The notes beneath the pieces are model-generated. The model had not been told where the DNA came from. It saw nothing but the letters and a program-made list of their open reading frames with translations, and made no database searches. From contig CAZSUN010000006.1 of the NCBI GenBank assembly GCA_964610045.1, positions 528 to 64,527 of the forward strand: 64,000 nt of DNA, written 5' to 3'. This document shows positions 18,352-26,537 of the stretch, one piece after another. Both the position numbers and the translations under genes were made by a program. Every line of letters begins with the position of its first letter. The first letter of the stretch is position 1. The DNA is from an uncultured Sphaerobacteraceae bacterium. GTDB taxonomy: Bacteria; Chloroflexota; Chloroflexia; Thermomicrobiales; UBA6265.

Positions 18352-19407
18352 ATGGCACGCGTTGACGCCATCGAACCGATGATTGCCGCCGGTGGAACCC
18401 GCTGGTGGCAACTTCGACTGAGCAAGCTGGCAGGACTGATCCTGCTGCTGGCTGCAGCGGTGATCGTCTCGTTGCTGAGCCTGAGGTTCGGCTCACTCTC
18501 GATTTCAACGAAGAATGCCGTCGACGCCATCTTCAACTACAACCCCGATGTCTACGAGCAAACCATCGTCCGGGAACTGCGTGTACCGCGGACGCTTATC
18601 GCCCTGAGTGTCGGGGCGGGACTCGCCGTCGCGGGCACCGTGATGCAGGCGGTGACGCGAAATCCTCTGGCGGACCCTTCTATCCTGGGTGTCAGCCAGG
18701 GCGCGAGCCTGGCGGTCGCAATTTCCGTGACATATCTCGGTATGTCCAATCCCAACGAGTACGTCTGGATGTCGTTCGCTGGCGCATTGCTGGCGTCGCT
18801 CCTGGTGTTCATGGTGGGGAGCGCGGGTCACGGTGGCGCTTCCCCGGTCAAGCTCGCCCTGGCAGGGGTGGTGGTTTCCGCCATGCTCGGAGCCTGGAAC
18901 AGCACGATTCTGCTCATGAACGAAGACACGATGGATCGGGTCAGGTTCTGGTTGGCGGGTTCGGTTGCAGGCCGTGAGCTCGACACACTTTGGGCAGTCG
19001 CGCCGTTCCTGTTCCTGGGTACCGGCGCCTGCCTGCTCCTCGGTCACCAACTCAATGTTCTCAGTATGGGTGACGAAAGCGCTCGCGCGCTCGGCATGAA
19101 TACGACCCGGATACGCGTCACCGCTTCGCTGCTGGTGATTTTCATCACCGGAGCATCCGTTTCGGTCGCGGGTCCGATCGGGTTTGTCGGGCTGGCGACG
19201 CCTCATATGGTTCGTGCCGTGATTGGCCCGGACAATCGGTGGGTGCTGGTGTATTCGCTCGTGGTCGGCGCGATCCTGCTCACAGGGGCCGATGTTGCCG
19301 GTCGCATCGCCACCCGACCCTCGGAACTCCAGGTTGGTATCGTCACCGCGCTGGTTGGGGCGCCGTTCCTCGTGATGCTGGCTCGACGGACAAGGTTGGC
19401 GGACTAG
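18352..19407 (+). CDS. FecCD-family iron-siderophore/haem/B12 ABC permease
   Basis: 'LRVPRTLIALSVGAGLAVAGTVMQAVTRNPLADPSILGVSQGASL' is the FecCD signature. The protein is multi-TM. Confidence 0.9.
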   Translation: MARVDAIEPMIAAGGTRWWQLRLSKLAGLILLLAAAVIVSLLSLRFGSLSISTKNAVDAIFNYNPDVYEQTIVRELRVPRTLIALSVGAGLAVAGTVMQAVTRNPLADPSILGVSQGASLAVAISVTYLGMSNPNEYVWMSFAGALLASLLVFMVGSAGHGGASPVKLALAGVVVSAMLGAWNSTILLMNEDTMDRVRFWLAGSVAGRELDTLWAVAPFLFLGTGACLLLGHQLNVLSMGDESARALGMNTTRIRVTASLLVIFITGASVSVAGPIGFVGLATPHMVRAVIGPDNRWVLVYSLVVGAILLTGADVAGRIATRPSELQVGIVTALVGAPFLVMLARRTRLAD

Positions 19408-19408
19408 C

Positions 19409-20470
19409 GTGGCAGCAGTTACCGAAACCACCATCTTCACTTCACGACCGGGTCACCGGACCATTCGGTTCGGGTCCATTGCGGTGCGCGTCAACCTGCG
19501 CGCCATTGCGTTCTCAGTGATCGCCCTGGCAGTGCTGGCCCTGCTGATGATCTGGGCAATTACCCTTGGTGCGTTCTCGATCCCGTTTCCGGATGTCGTC
19601 AAGGCGTTGGCCGGCAACGGCACGGATGACACCGAAATGGTGGTGCGGACCCTGCGGCTGCCGCGTATTCTGGTCGCCGTGTTCTGTGGCGCGGCGCTGG
19701 CGATGTCCGGCGCGATCTTCCAGGGTATCTCCCGGAACCCGCTCGTTTCTCCCGACATCATCGGAATCGACTCGGGCGCCACGCTGTTCGCGCTGGTGGT
19801 CATGATCATCGGGGTCGGCGATGTCGGCGTACCCCTGGCGGCGTTCCTCGGTGCTGTCCTGACCGCGTTCACGATCTACTCGCTATCCTGGAAGAACGGC
19901 ATCTCCATGAACCGCCTGATCCTCGTCGGGATCGGGGTTGGGGCAGTGGTTGACGCCGGCTCGACCTACATGACCGTGAAATTTCCGATCGAGATCACGC
20001 GACCTGCAATCGTCTGGTCGATGGGGTCGTTCTATGCAGTCAATTGGGACGATGTCGTGTTGCTCGGCGGTGCTGTTGCGATTCTCGGGCCACTCGCAAT
20101 CATCCTGATGGAATCGCTGCGCACCATGCAACTCGGCGATATCGTCACCCGTAGCCTGGGTATCCGGCTTGAGCAGACACGCCTCTCCCTTATCGTGATC
20201 GGTTGCGCGCTGGCGGCCGTCTGCGTGTCCCTGGCGGGACCAATCGGGTTTGTCGCCCTGATCGTTCCGCATATGGCCAGGATGCTGCTGGGAGCCCCTT
20301 CGGCGAGTGTGCTCGTTTTCACGGCAATCCTGGGAGCAATTCTGATGCTGATATCCGATACTGTAGCTCAGCATTTGCTGCCGGTGACGCTGCCGGTCGG
20401 CGTGGTCACCGGAGCAGTCGGTGCACCGTACTTCCTGTTCCTGCTCTACCGCACCAACATCCGCTCGTAA
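19409..20470 (+). CDS. FecCD-family ABC permease (second subunit)
   Basis: 'LRLPRILVAVFCGAALAMSGAIFQGISRNPLVSPDIIGIDSGA'. The GTG start is 1 nt after the preceding stop. Confidence 0.9.
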   Translation: MAAVTETTIFTSRPGHRTIRFGSIAVRVNLRAIAFSVIALAVLALLMIWAITLGAFSIPFPDVVKALAGNGTDDTEMVVRTLRLPRILVAVFCGAALAMSGAIFQGISRNPLVSPDIIGIDSGATLFALVVMIIGVGDVGVPLAAFLGAVLTAFTIYSLSWKNGISMNRLILVGIGVGAVVDAGSTYMTVKFPIEITRPAIVWSMGSFYAVNWDDVVLLGGAVAILGPLAIILMESLRTMQLGDIVTRSLGIRLEQTRLSLIVIGCALAAVCVSLAGPIGFVALIVPHMARMLLGAPSASVLVFTAILGAILMLISDTVAQHLLPVTLPVGVVTGAVGAPYFLFLLYRTNIRS

Positions 20471-20490
20471 TCGAGGAGCCCGCAACGCCC

Positions 20491-22143
20491 ATGTTCCAGC
20501 TTCGCGCCGATGCTGTATCACTGGCCTACGATGCTCGTCCCGTCGTGCATGACTTCTCGCTCGACATCGAGGAAGGGAAAGTAACGACCATCATCGGGCC
20601 GAACGGGTGCGGCAAGTCCACCGTACTTCGGTCGATGGCTCGCCTGCTGCGTCCAACCAACGGTGCGGTCTACCTGGACGGCGCCGCGATTCACACCATG
20701 CCGTCCCGTGATGTCGCGAAACGGATCGGCCTCCTGTCGCAGACAGCCCAGGTGCCGGAAGGCGTAACCGTCGAGGATCTCGTCCATCGGGGCCGTTACC
20801 CGCACCAGGCGTTCCTCCAGCCGCCGTCCCGGCAGGACACGATCGCCGTCCACAAGGCCATCGATCTCGCTGGAATGGGCGATCTCCGCCTTCGCGCGGT
20901 CAACGAGCTCTCGGGAGGCCAGCGCCAGCGTGCCTGGATCGCGATGGCACTGGCCCAGGAGACGCCGATTCTTCTCCTCGACGAGCCAACAACCTACCTC
21001 GATCTCGCCCACCAACTCGAAGTCATGGAGCTGGTCGAACGACTCAATCGTGAAGAGGGCCGCACCATCGTGATGGTTCTGCACGACATCAACGAAGCCG
21101 CCAGGGTCAGCCACCGGATTGTGGCGATGCGGGAAGGCCGGATCATCGGCGACGGGTCCCCTGCGGAAGTCCTGACCCCGGAACTGCTCTCGCGATTGTT
21201 TGGTGTCGAGTGCGACGTTATCGCGACCGAATCGCAAGACCAGACCCGCGGGTACTGCATGCCACGCTCGATGGCTGGCTGCGAATGTCTCGAACGCAAG
21301 GGAACGAAACAGGGCTTTGAGATCGATCGGGTCGCCACCGGGTACGGGAAGTCGATCATTTCCAGCGATCTGTCCATGACGATCCCGGGTGGAAAGATCA
21401 CCGCCCTCGTCGGTCCGAACGCCTGCGGCAAGTCGACCCTGATGCGCACCTGCGCCAGGCTCCAGAAAATGGGAGCCGGCACGATTCACCTCGATGGTCG
21501 CAGCATTGGGTCAGGCTCGCACAAGGAACTGGCACGACGGCTCGCCTTGTTGAGCCAGGATCCGAGCGTGCCGGGTGACATCCTGGTTGAGGACCTCGTG
21601 CTCGCCGGGCGCAATCCCCATCAGGGATTCCTGCGCCGATGGTCTGCCGATGACGAAGCGATCGTCAACTGGGCGATCGAGACCTGCGGGATCGCCGAGT
21701 TCAGGTTCCGGCCACTTGGCTCATTGTCCGGTGGCCAGCGTCAACGGGCCTGGATCGCCATGTCACTGGTGCAGGACACGGACGTGCTTTTACTCGACGA
21801 ACCGACGACGTTCCTCGACATCGCCTCGCAGGTGTCCCTCCTCGATATCATCTGGAAGCTCAACCGGGAACAAGGGAAGACGGTGGTGATGGTTATTCAC
21901 GACATCAACCTTGCCGCCAGGTATGCCGACCACATCATCGCCATGCGCGATGGCAAGGTGATCGCCCAGGGAACGCCCACCACGGTCGTGACCTGCCCGC
22001 TGATGCGCATGATTTTCGATATCGAATCCGATGTGTTGCGACATCCCGAACTAGGTACACCGCTCATGATTCCGCTCCGGACAGCCAGCTCCGGGCAACT
22101 GCCACCGGCGATGGGTTCGCCGGTGGCAGTTGCTGCCGGCTAA
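20491..22143 (+). CDS. fused double ABC ATPase (two complete FecE/FepC-like cassettes in one polypeptide)
   Basis: Walker A occurs twice ('GPNGCGKST' at about 20596 and 'GPNACGKST' at about 21412). The signature 'LSGGQRQR' and Walker B 'LLLDEPT' each occur twice. The second cassette starts at about nt 21316. The ATG at 20491 follows GAGGAG. The track ORF (from 20203) runs through the permease gene. Confidence 0.9.
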   Translation: MFQLRADAVSLAYDARPVVHDFSLDIEEGKVTTIIGPNGCGKSTVLRSMARLLRPTNGAVYLDGAAIHTMPSRDVAKRIGLLSQTAQVPEGVTVEDLVHRGRYPHQAFLQPPSRQDTIAVHKAIDLAGMGDLRLRAVNELSGGQRQRAWIAMALAQETPILLLDEPTTYLDLAHQLEVMELVERLNREEGRTIVMVLHDINEAARVSHRIVAMREGRIIGDGSPAEVLTPELLSRLFGVECDVIATESQDQTRGYCMPRSMAGCECLERKGTKQGFEIDRVATGYGKSIISSDLSMTIPGGKITALVGPNACGKSTLMRTCARLQKMGAGTIHLDGRSIGSGSHKELARRLALLSQDPSVPGDILVEDLVLAGRNPHQGFLRRWSADDEAIVNWAIETCGIAEFRFRPLGSLSGGQRQRAWIAMSLVQDTDVLLLDEPTTFLDIASQVSLLDIIWKLNREQGKTVVMVIHDINLAARYADHIIAMRDGKVIAQGTPTTVVTCPLMRMIFDIESDVLRHPELGTPLMIPLRTASSGQLPPAMGSPVAVAAG

Positions 22144-23477
22144 GGCGTCAGACGCTGCATGTCGCGGGGAAAGAGCGTCGTCTCGCGGACATTCGCAATT
22201 CCGAGGAGCCGGGCGACGAACCGTTCCAAACCAAGTGCGAATCCACCATGCGGTGGCATGCCGTACCGAAATGCGTCGAGGTAGCCTTCGAACCCGGCTG
22301 TCTCGATCCCGCGCGAAGTGAGCGCAGCGAGATAGTCGTCATACCGGTGAAGTCGCTGACCGCCCGTGACGATCTCCAGTCCCCGGAAGAGGAGGTCGAA
22401 ACTGTTCGACCATGCCGGACGCGCCGGATCGGGATGGGTGTAGAATGGCCGCTTCGCCATCGGATAGCCCGTCACGAAAAGCCAGTCGGAACCATGCTCC
22501 CGAATCGCCCACTCACCCAACCATCGCTCGTGAGCCGGGGCGAGATCGGGTTCCTCCCGAACGTCCTCACCCGTCTGCCGGGAAATCATCTCGAGGGCGT
22601 CGGCGAAATGCACGTGAGGAATCCGGTGCGGAACCTCGGGGACTTCGAACCCTGGCAGCGACCGGTGCAGATCCAGTGCGGCAACGGTTCCGACCATTCC
22701 GGCGATGGCCGTTCGCACCATGCCCATCACCGTGAAGTGATCATCGATAAACCCCATCTCGGCGTCGAGTGACTGGTACTGGCTCAGGTGCCGGACGGTG
22801 TCGTGCGGTTCAGCCCGGAACGCCGGTGCCGTTTCGAAGACTCGTTCGAGCGCACCCACCATGATCTGCTTGTAGAGTTGGGGGCTTTGGGCGAGGAATG
22901 CCGGTCGCCCGAAGTAATCAAGCTCGAAGACATTCGCACCACCTTCCGGCGTGGTGCCGATGATCTTGGGTGTCGAGATTTCGACGAACCGCTCTGCCCG
23001 GAGTGAGGATCGGAATCCCTGGACTGAGGCTGCGGCGATCTGCTGGACGGCTGCCCTGGCCGGGTGTCGGAGAGAGACGGCCGCCACGTCGAGCTGGGTT
23101 GGTAGCTGGGCTGTGAGGTGAGGCCGGAATATCTCGATCGGCGGCTCTGTCACCGGCTCGGAGATGACCTCGAGGCCCATCGCTTGAACTTCGACCCCTT
23201 CGGGTGCCTGCGGTTTGACAACGACCGTCCCTGTGAGTGACAGCACCGTTTCGTGCGGCAAGGACTCGATGATCGCCCGCATGGCGGAATCATCGACGAC
23301 AACCTGGGCGATTCCGGACGCATCGCGAAGGAGGAGAAAGCAGACGGCTTTCAACGCCCTGCGGTGGTGGAGCCAGCCCTTGAGCGTGACGGTGTTACCG
23401 GGAAGACCGGAAAGCTCTGACGCCCAGGTTCGTTCAGCCTGGGCCACTCCGAGGAAGGGAAGAAGCGGTGTGGTCAC
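22140..23477 (-). CDS. aspS: aspartate--tRNA ligase (type 2, archaeal/non-discriminating-like)
   Basis: Contains 'FRAEPHDTVRHLSQYQSLDAEM' and 'GGQRLHRYDDY...YGMPPHGGFALGLERFV'. The GTG at 23477 (VTTPLLP..) is preceded by GGAGG. The 59 extra codons of the track ORF are the T-box leader. Confidence 0.9.
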   Translation of the reverse strand: MTTPLLPFLGVAQAERTWASELSGLPGNTVTLKGWLHHRRALKAVCFLLLRDASGIAQVVVDDSAMRAIIESLPHETVLSLTGTVVVKPQAPEGVEVQAMGLEVISEPVTEPPIEIFRPHLTAQLPTQLDVAAVSLRHPARAAVQQIAAASVQGFRSSLRAERFVEISTPKIIGTTPEGGANVFELDYFGRPAFLAQSPQLYKQIMVGALERVFETAPAFRAEPHDTVRHLSQYQSLDAEMGFIDDHFTVMGMVRTAIAGMVGTVAALDLHRSLPGFEVPEVPHRIPHVHFADALEMISRQTGEDVREEPDLAPAHERWLGEWAIREHGSDWLFVTGYPMAKRPFYTHPDPARPAWSNSFDLLFRGLEIVTGGQRLHRYDDYLAALTSRGIETAGFEGYLDAFRYGMPPHGGFALGLERFVARLLGIANVRETTLFPRDMQRLTP

Positions 23478-23753
23478 GGTGTGGCCTCCATTGATGGGGA
23501 ACACAACGCCCCCACCGTCTTGCGGACGAGGGGGGCTTCCCGTGGTACCACCGCGTTTCGCCGGGTTTATGTACCCAGCCTTCGGAGCCCGGTATCGGGG
23601 GCTGGCCGCCTCGGCCTTCGCAGCCACCGATGGATGGCTGGTTCTGCCGGGCACTCGGGAGGGTCTTCACCGGTCGATCTTGTCCGCGCTTGCACCGTGC
23701 CGCGGCTCGCTGTGCTCGATCGGATCCGGGTACTCGTCTCCGTCACCGTGTTG
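23478..23753 (-). promoter_or_regulatory. T-box riboswitch leader, Asp specifier (GAC)
   Basis: On the minus-strand RNA, Stem I has 'GAGACGAGUA', an AG bulge 'AGCGAG' and a distal loop 'GGUGCAA'. The specifier loop 'UGAA-GAC-C' places GAC at 23665-23663. The T-box core is 'GCGGUGGUACCACGGG' (about 23557-23539). The terminator is GCCCCCCUCGUC-CGCAA-GACGGUGGGGGC followed by GUUGUGUU (23536-23500). Confidence 0.8.
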
Positions 23754-23759
23754 CCGACG

Positions 23760-23789
23760 ACTATACGCCGGTCCCCGGCCGAATGTCAC
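23760..23789 (-). promoter_or_regulatory. candidate sigma-70-type promoter for the aspS leader
   Basis: On the minus strand, GTGACA (23789-23784), an 18-nt spacer, then TATAGT (23765-23760), just upstream of Stem I. Confidence 0.35.
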
Positions 23790-23866
23790 TGAACCTGGAT
23801 GGGACACCACTCAAAACGTTGCCCGCAATTGACGACCCGAACACCGTGTGATATCGTGCAGAAACA

Positions 23867-23880
23867 TGACAACGTTTCCA
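23867..23880. promoter_or_regulatory. LacI-family operator candidate 1
   Basis: TGACAACGTTTCCA fits TGNNANCGNTNNCA with a central CG. Confidence 0.4.
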
Positions 23881-23931
23881 CATCATAGATGAACTGACGG
23901 CAATCTTCGTCGGGGTTTCCGGACAATCGCC

Positions 23932-23945
23932 TGCAAGCGTTTGCA
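23932..23945. promoter_or_regulatory. LacI-family operator candidate 2
   Basis: TGCAAGCGTTTGCA is a near-perfect 14-bp palindrome with a central CG, immediately upstream of the LacI-family gene. Confidence 0.45.
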
Positions 23946-23971
23946 GCCGTGTGTCGTACTCGAGGGCGCCA

Positions 23972-25000
23972 GTGAGCCAGAACCGTCAAGGTGAACGCGT
24001 CACCATCGTGGACGTCGCCCGCGAAGCGAATGTCTCGTTCGCGACCGTGTCCCGTGTCGTCAACGGGAAGGGTTACGTCAGCGCCCAGACTCGCGAGCGG
24101 GTCATGCAAGCCATGACCCGCATTGGCTATACCGTCAACCGGCAGGCCAGGGTGCTCGCCGGGGGCCGTACCCAGGTCATCGGATTACTGGTGCGGGATC
24201 TCGATACCAGCTACATCGGGGAAATCCTGAAGGGAATCGAGGAGGTGCTGGCGGCGGCATCGTACGACCTGATGCTCTACACCACCCACCACCGCCGTAC
24301 AAGGGAATCCGTGTTCGTGAACTCATTGGCCAATGGCATGACCGATGGTCTGCTCATGATCCTGCCGCTCGCGCCGGAAGCCTATGTCGATTCGATCCGC
24401 CGCCGCGGGATCCCGTTCGTCCTGATCGATCACGAGGGTTTCGATGCCCATACACCGTCGGTCAGTGCGGCCAACCGACAGGGTGCCCGAGCGGCAATCC
24501 AGCATCTGGTGGAACTTGGCCATCGCCGGATCGCTGTCATCACCGGCAACCTCGATATGGACTCGGCGCGACAACGCCTGGCTGGCTGTGAAGCGCAACT
24601 TGCCGAATCCGGGCTCGAACTCCCCGAGGACCTCCGTAAACGCGGGGATTTTCATAGGCCACTCGGCTACCAATTGACCCATGAGCTGCTCCGGCTGCCC
24701 GATCCACCGACCGCGATCGTCACCGGGAACGATGTCAGTGCATTCGGCGCCCTCGACGCCATCCGCAACGCAGGATTGGCCACACCCACCGACATCTCCG
24801 TTGTTGGATTCGACGACATTCCTGACGCGAAATGGGCGCATCCGCCTCTGACCACCGTTCATCAGCCGATGCGGGAAATGGGCAAGGTCGCCACCAGGAT
24901 GTTGCTCGACGCCATCAACGATGCGGAAAACTCCGGGGGCAAAGTGGAACTCCCAGCGGACCTCGTGGTCCGGGAATCGACTGCCCCACCCACCACCTGA
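23972..25000 (+). CDS. LacI family transcriptional regulator
   Basis: 'VTIVDVAREANVSFATVSRVVNG' is the HTH, followed by a periplasmic-binding-like core. The start is either GTG 23972 (GAGGG 5 nt upstream) or GTG 23951. Confidence 0.85.
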   Translation: MSQNRQGERVTIVDVAREANVSFATVSRVVNGKGYVSAQTRERVMQAMTRIGYTVNRQARVLAGGRTQVIGLLVRDLDTSYIGEILKGIEEVLAAASYDLMLYTTHHRRTRESVFVNSLANGMTDGLLMILPLAPEAYVDSIRRRGIPFVLIDHEGFDAHTPSVSAANRQGARAAIQHLVELGHRRIAVITGNLDMDSARQRLAGCEAQLAESGLELPEDLRKRGDFHRPLGYQLTHELLRLPDPPTAIVTGNDVSAFGALDAIRNAGLATPTDISVVGFDDIPDAKWAHPPLTTVHQPMREMGKVATRMLLDAINDAENSGGKVELPADLVVRESTAPPTT

Positions 25001-25127
25001 TCAAACGCAGACCGGGACCCTGCCTGTTCGCCACTTCGTGAGGAGATGCCAGGAACGCAAGAACCAATACCCAACCTGTCGATTTGGAACGACATTCCGT
25101 CGTTCGCCCATCGCAAGGAGACACTCC

Positions 25128-26429
25128 ATGACGCTCAATCGTCGCCAGCTCCTGACAGCCAGCGCAGGTTCGGCCCTCCTCCTGACAGTGCCCGGTACCT
25201 ACACCTTCCGCTCGGCACTGGCGCAGGACCCAACAGTGATTCGTTGGTGGCATATCACGACCAACGAAGACCAGGCCGCCCTGATGCAGGCTGCCGCGGA
25301 TGCGTTCGTCGAGGCGAATCCTGAGGTGGAGATCGAGATCACCGTCCAGGAAAACGAAGCATTCAAGGCCCGCCTCACCACCGTGATGCAATCTGGTGAT
25401 CCGCCGGATGTCTTCCAGAGTTGGGGCGGTGGCGTCCTCTACCAGTATGCGGAAGCCGGACTGGTACGCGATTTGACCGACGCCCTCGCCGCCGATGGCT
25501 GGGGTGCCACGTTCGGCCAATCAGGACTCGCGCTCTACGGAACAGACGGCCGGAACTACGGCGTGCCGTGGAACATCGGCATGGTCGGATTCTGGTACAG
25601 CAAGGCGAAGTTTGCCGAAGCCGGTATCGAAACGCCTCCCGCCACCTGGGCGGAACTCCTGACCACAGTCCAGACATTGAAGGATGCCGGCATCGTGCCG
25701 ATCTCCCTCGGCGGGGGTGACAAGTGGCCAATCCACTTCTACTGGGTCTACCTGGCCATCCGCAACGGCGGCAAGGCGGCGTTTGACGCTGCCTACACAC
25801 GATCCGGCTCCTTCGCCGATCCGCCGTTCGTCAAGGCAGGATCCGACCTGCTCGAACTCTCGGCACTCGAACCGTTCCAGGACGGGTATCTCGCGGCGAC
25901 CTGGCCGGATTCCGGCGTGGTCTATGCGAACGGCGGCGCGGCGATCATGCTCATGGGCCACTGGTTCCCGTCCGGCGCGCTGGACGCCAACCTGGAAGAC
26001 CCAACCGCGATGCGCGAGGATCTCGGCTGGTTCCCGTTCCCAACGGTCGACGGTGGCGCCGGCGCCCCGAACGATGTCCTCGGCGGCGGCAACGGATTCG
26101 CCGTTGGCTCGAACGCCCCGGATGCCGCCATCGAGTTCGTGAAGTACCTGACCAGCGTCGAGGTGCAGTCGGAATGGGCTGCGGCCGGATTCGCGGTTCC
26201 GCCGGCCGTGACCGATGCCGCGTCGGCCGTCACCGACCAGAATCTGCTTCCAGTGATGGACTACCTGGCGGAAGCGGGCTACTTCCAGCTCTACTACGAC
26301 CAGTTCCTGCCACCCGCCGTTGGCGGTGTGGTCAACGACGAAGTCCAGGCGCTGATCGCCGGTTCGCAGACGCCGGAAGGCATGGCCGAAGCCGTCGAAG
26401 CATCGTTCGCCATGGAGTCTGACGGATAA
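25128..26429 (+). CDS. sugar ABC transporter substrate-binding protein
   Basis: 'MTLNRRQLLTASAGSALLL' is a Tat-like signal. AAGGAG lies 7 nt upstream of the ATG at 25128. The body is family-1 SBP-like ('WWHITTNEDQ', 'FQSWGGG'). The track ORF from 24921 is over-extended. Confidence 0.85.
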   Translation: MTLNRRQLLTASAGSALLLTVPGTYTFRSALAQDPTVIRWWHITTNEDQAALMQAAADAFVEANPEVEIEITVQENEAFKARLTTVMQSGDPPDVFQSWGGGVLYQYAEAGLVRDLTDALAADGWGATFGQSGLALYGTDGRNYGVPWNIGMVGFWYSKAKFAEAGIETPPATWAELLTTVQTLKDAGIVPISLGGGDKWPIHFYWVYLAIRNGGKAAFDAAYTRSGSFADPPFVKAGSDLLELSALEPFQDGYLAATWPDSGVVYANGGAAIMLMGHWFPSGALDANLEDPTAMREDLGWFPFPTVDGGAGAPNDVLGGGNGFAVGSNAPDAAIEFVKYLTSVEVQSEWAAAGFAVPPAVTDAASAVTDQNLLPVMDYLAEAGYFQLYYDQFLPPAVGGVVNDEVQALIAGSQTPEGMAEAVEASFAMESDG

Positions 26430-26537
26430 CACCAGCAAGCGGTGGCAGGGCAGACGCGTCAAACCAGGGTCTCCCTGCCGCCGCCCACCGTCACACCATG
26501 TCATACCCTACACCACGAGCCGGGAGTGCCGACGACG

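Noticed and set aside
23478-23654. N-terminal extensions of the track ORFs for aspS (to 23654), trpE (from 33487) and ileS (to 44575).
   Set aside because: The extensions cover T-box or leader RNA elements, including terminator hairpins. Internal starts with good SD sequences give normal protein N-termini.
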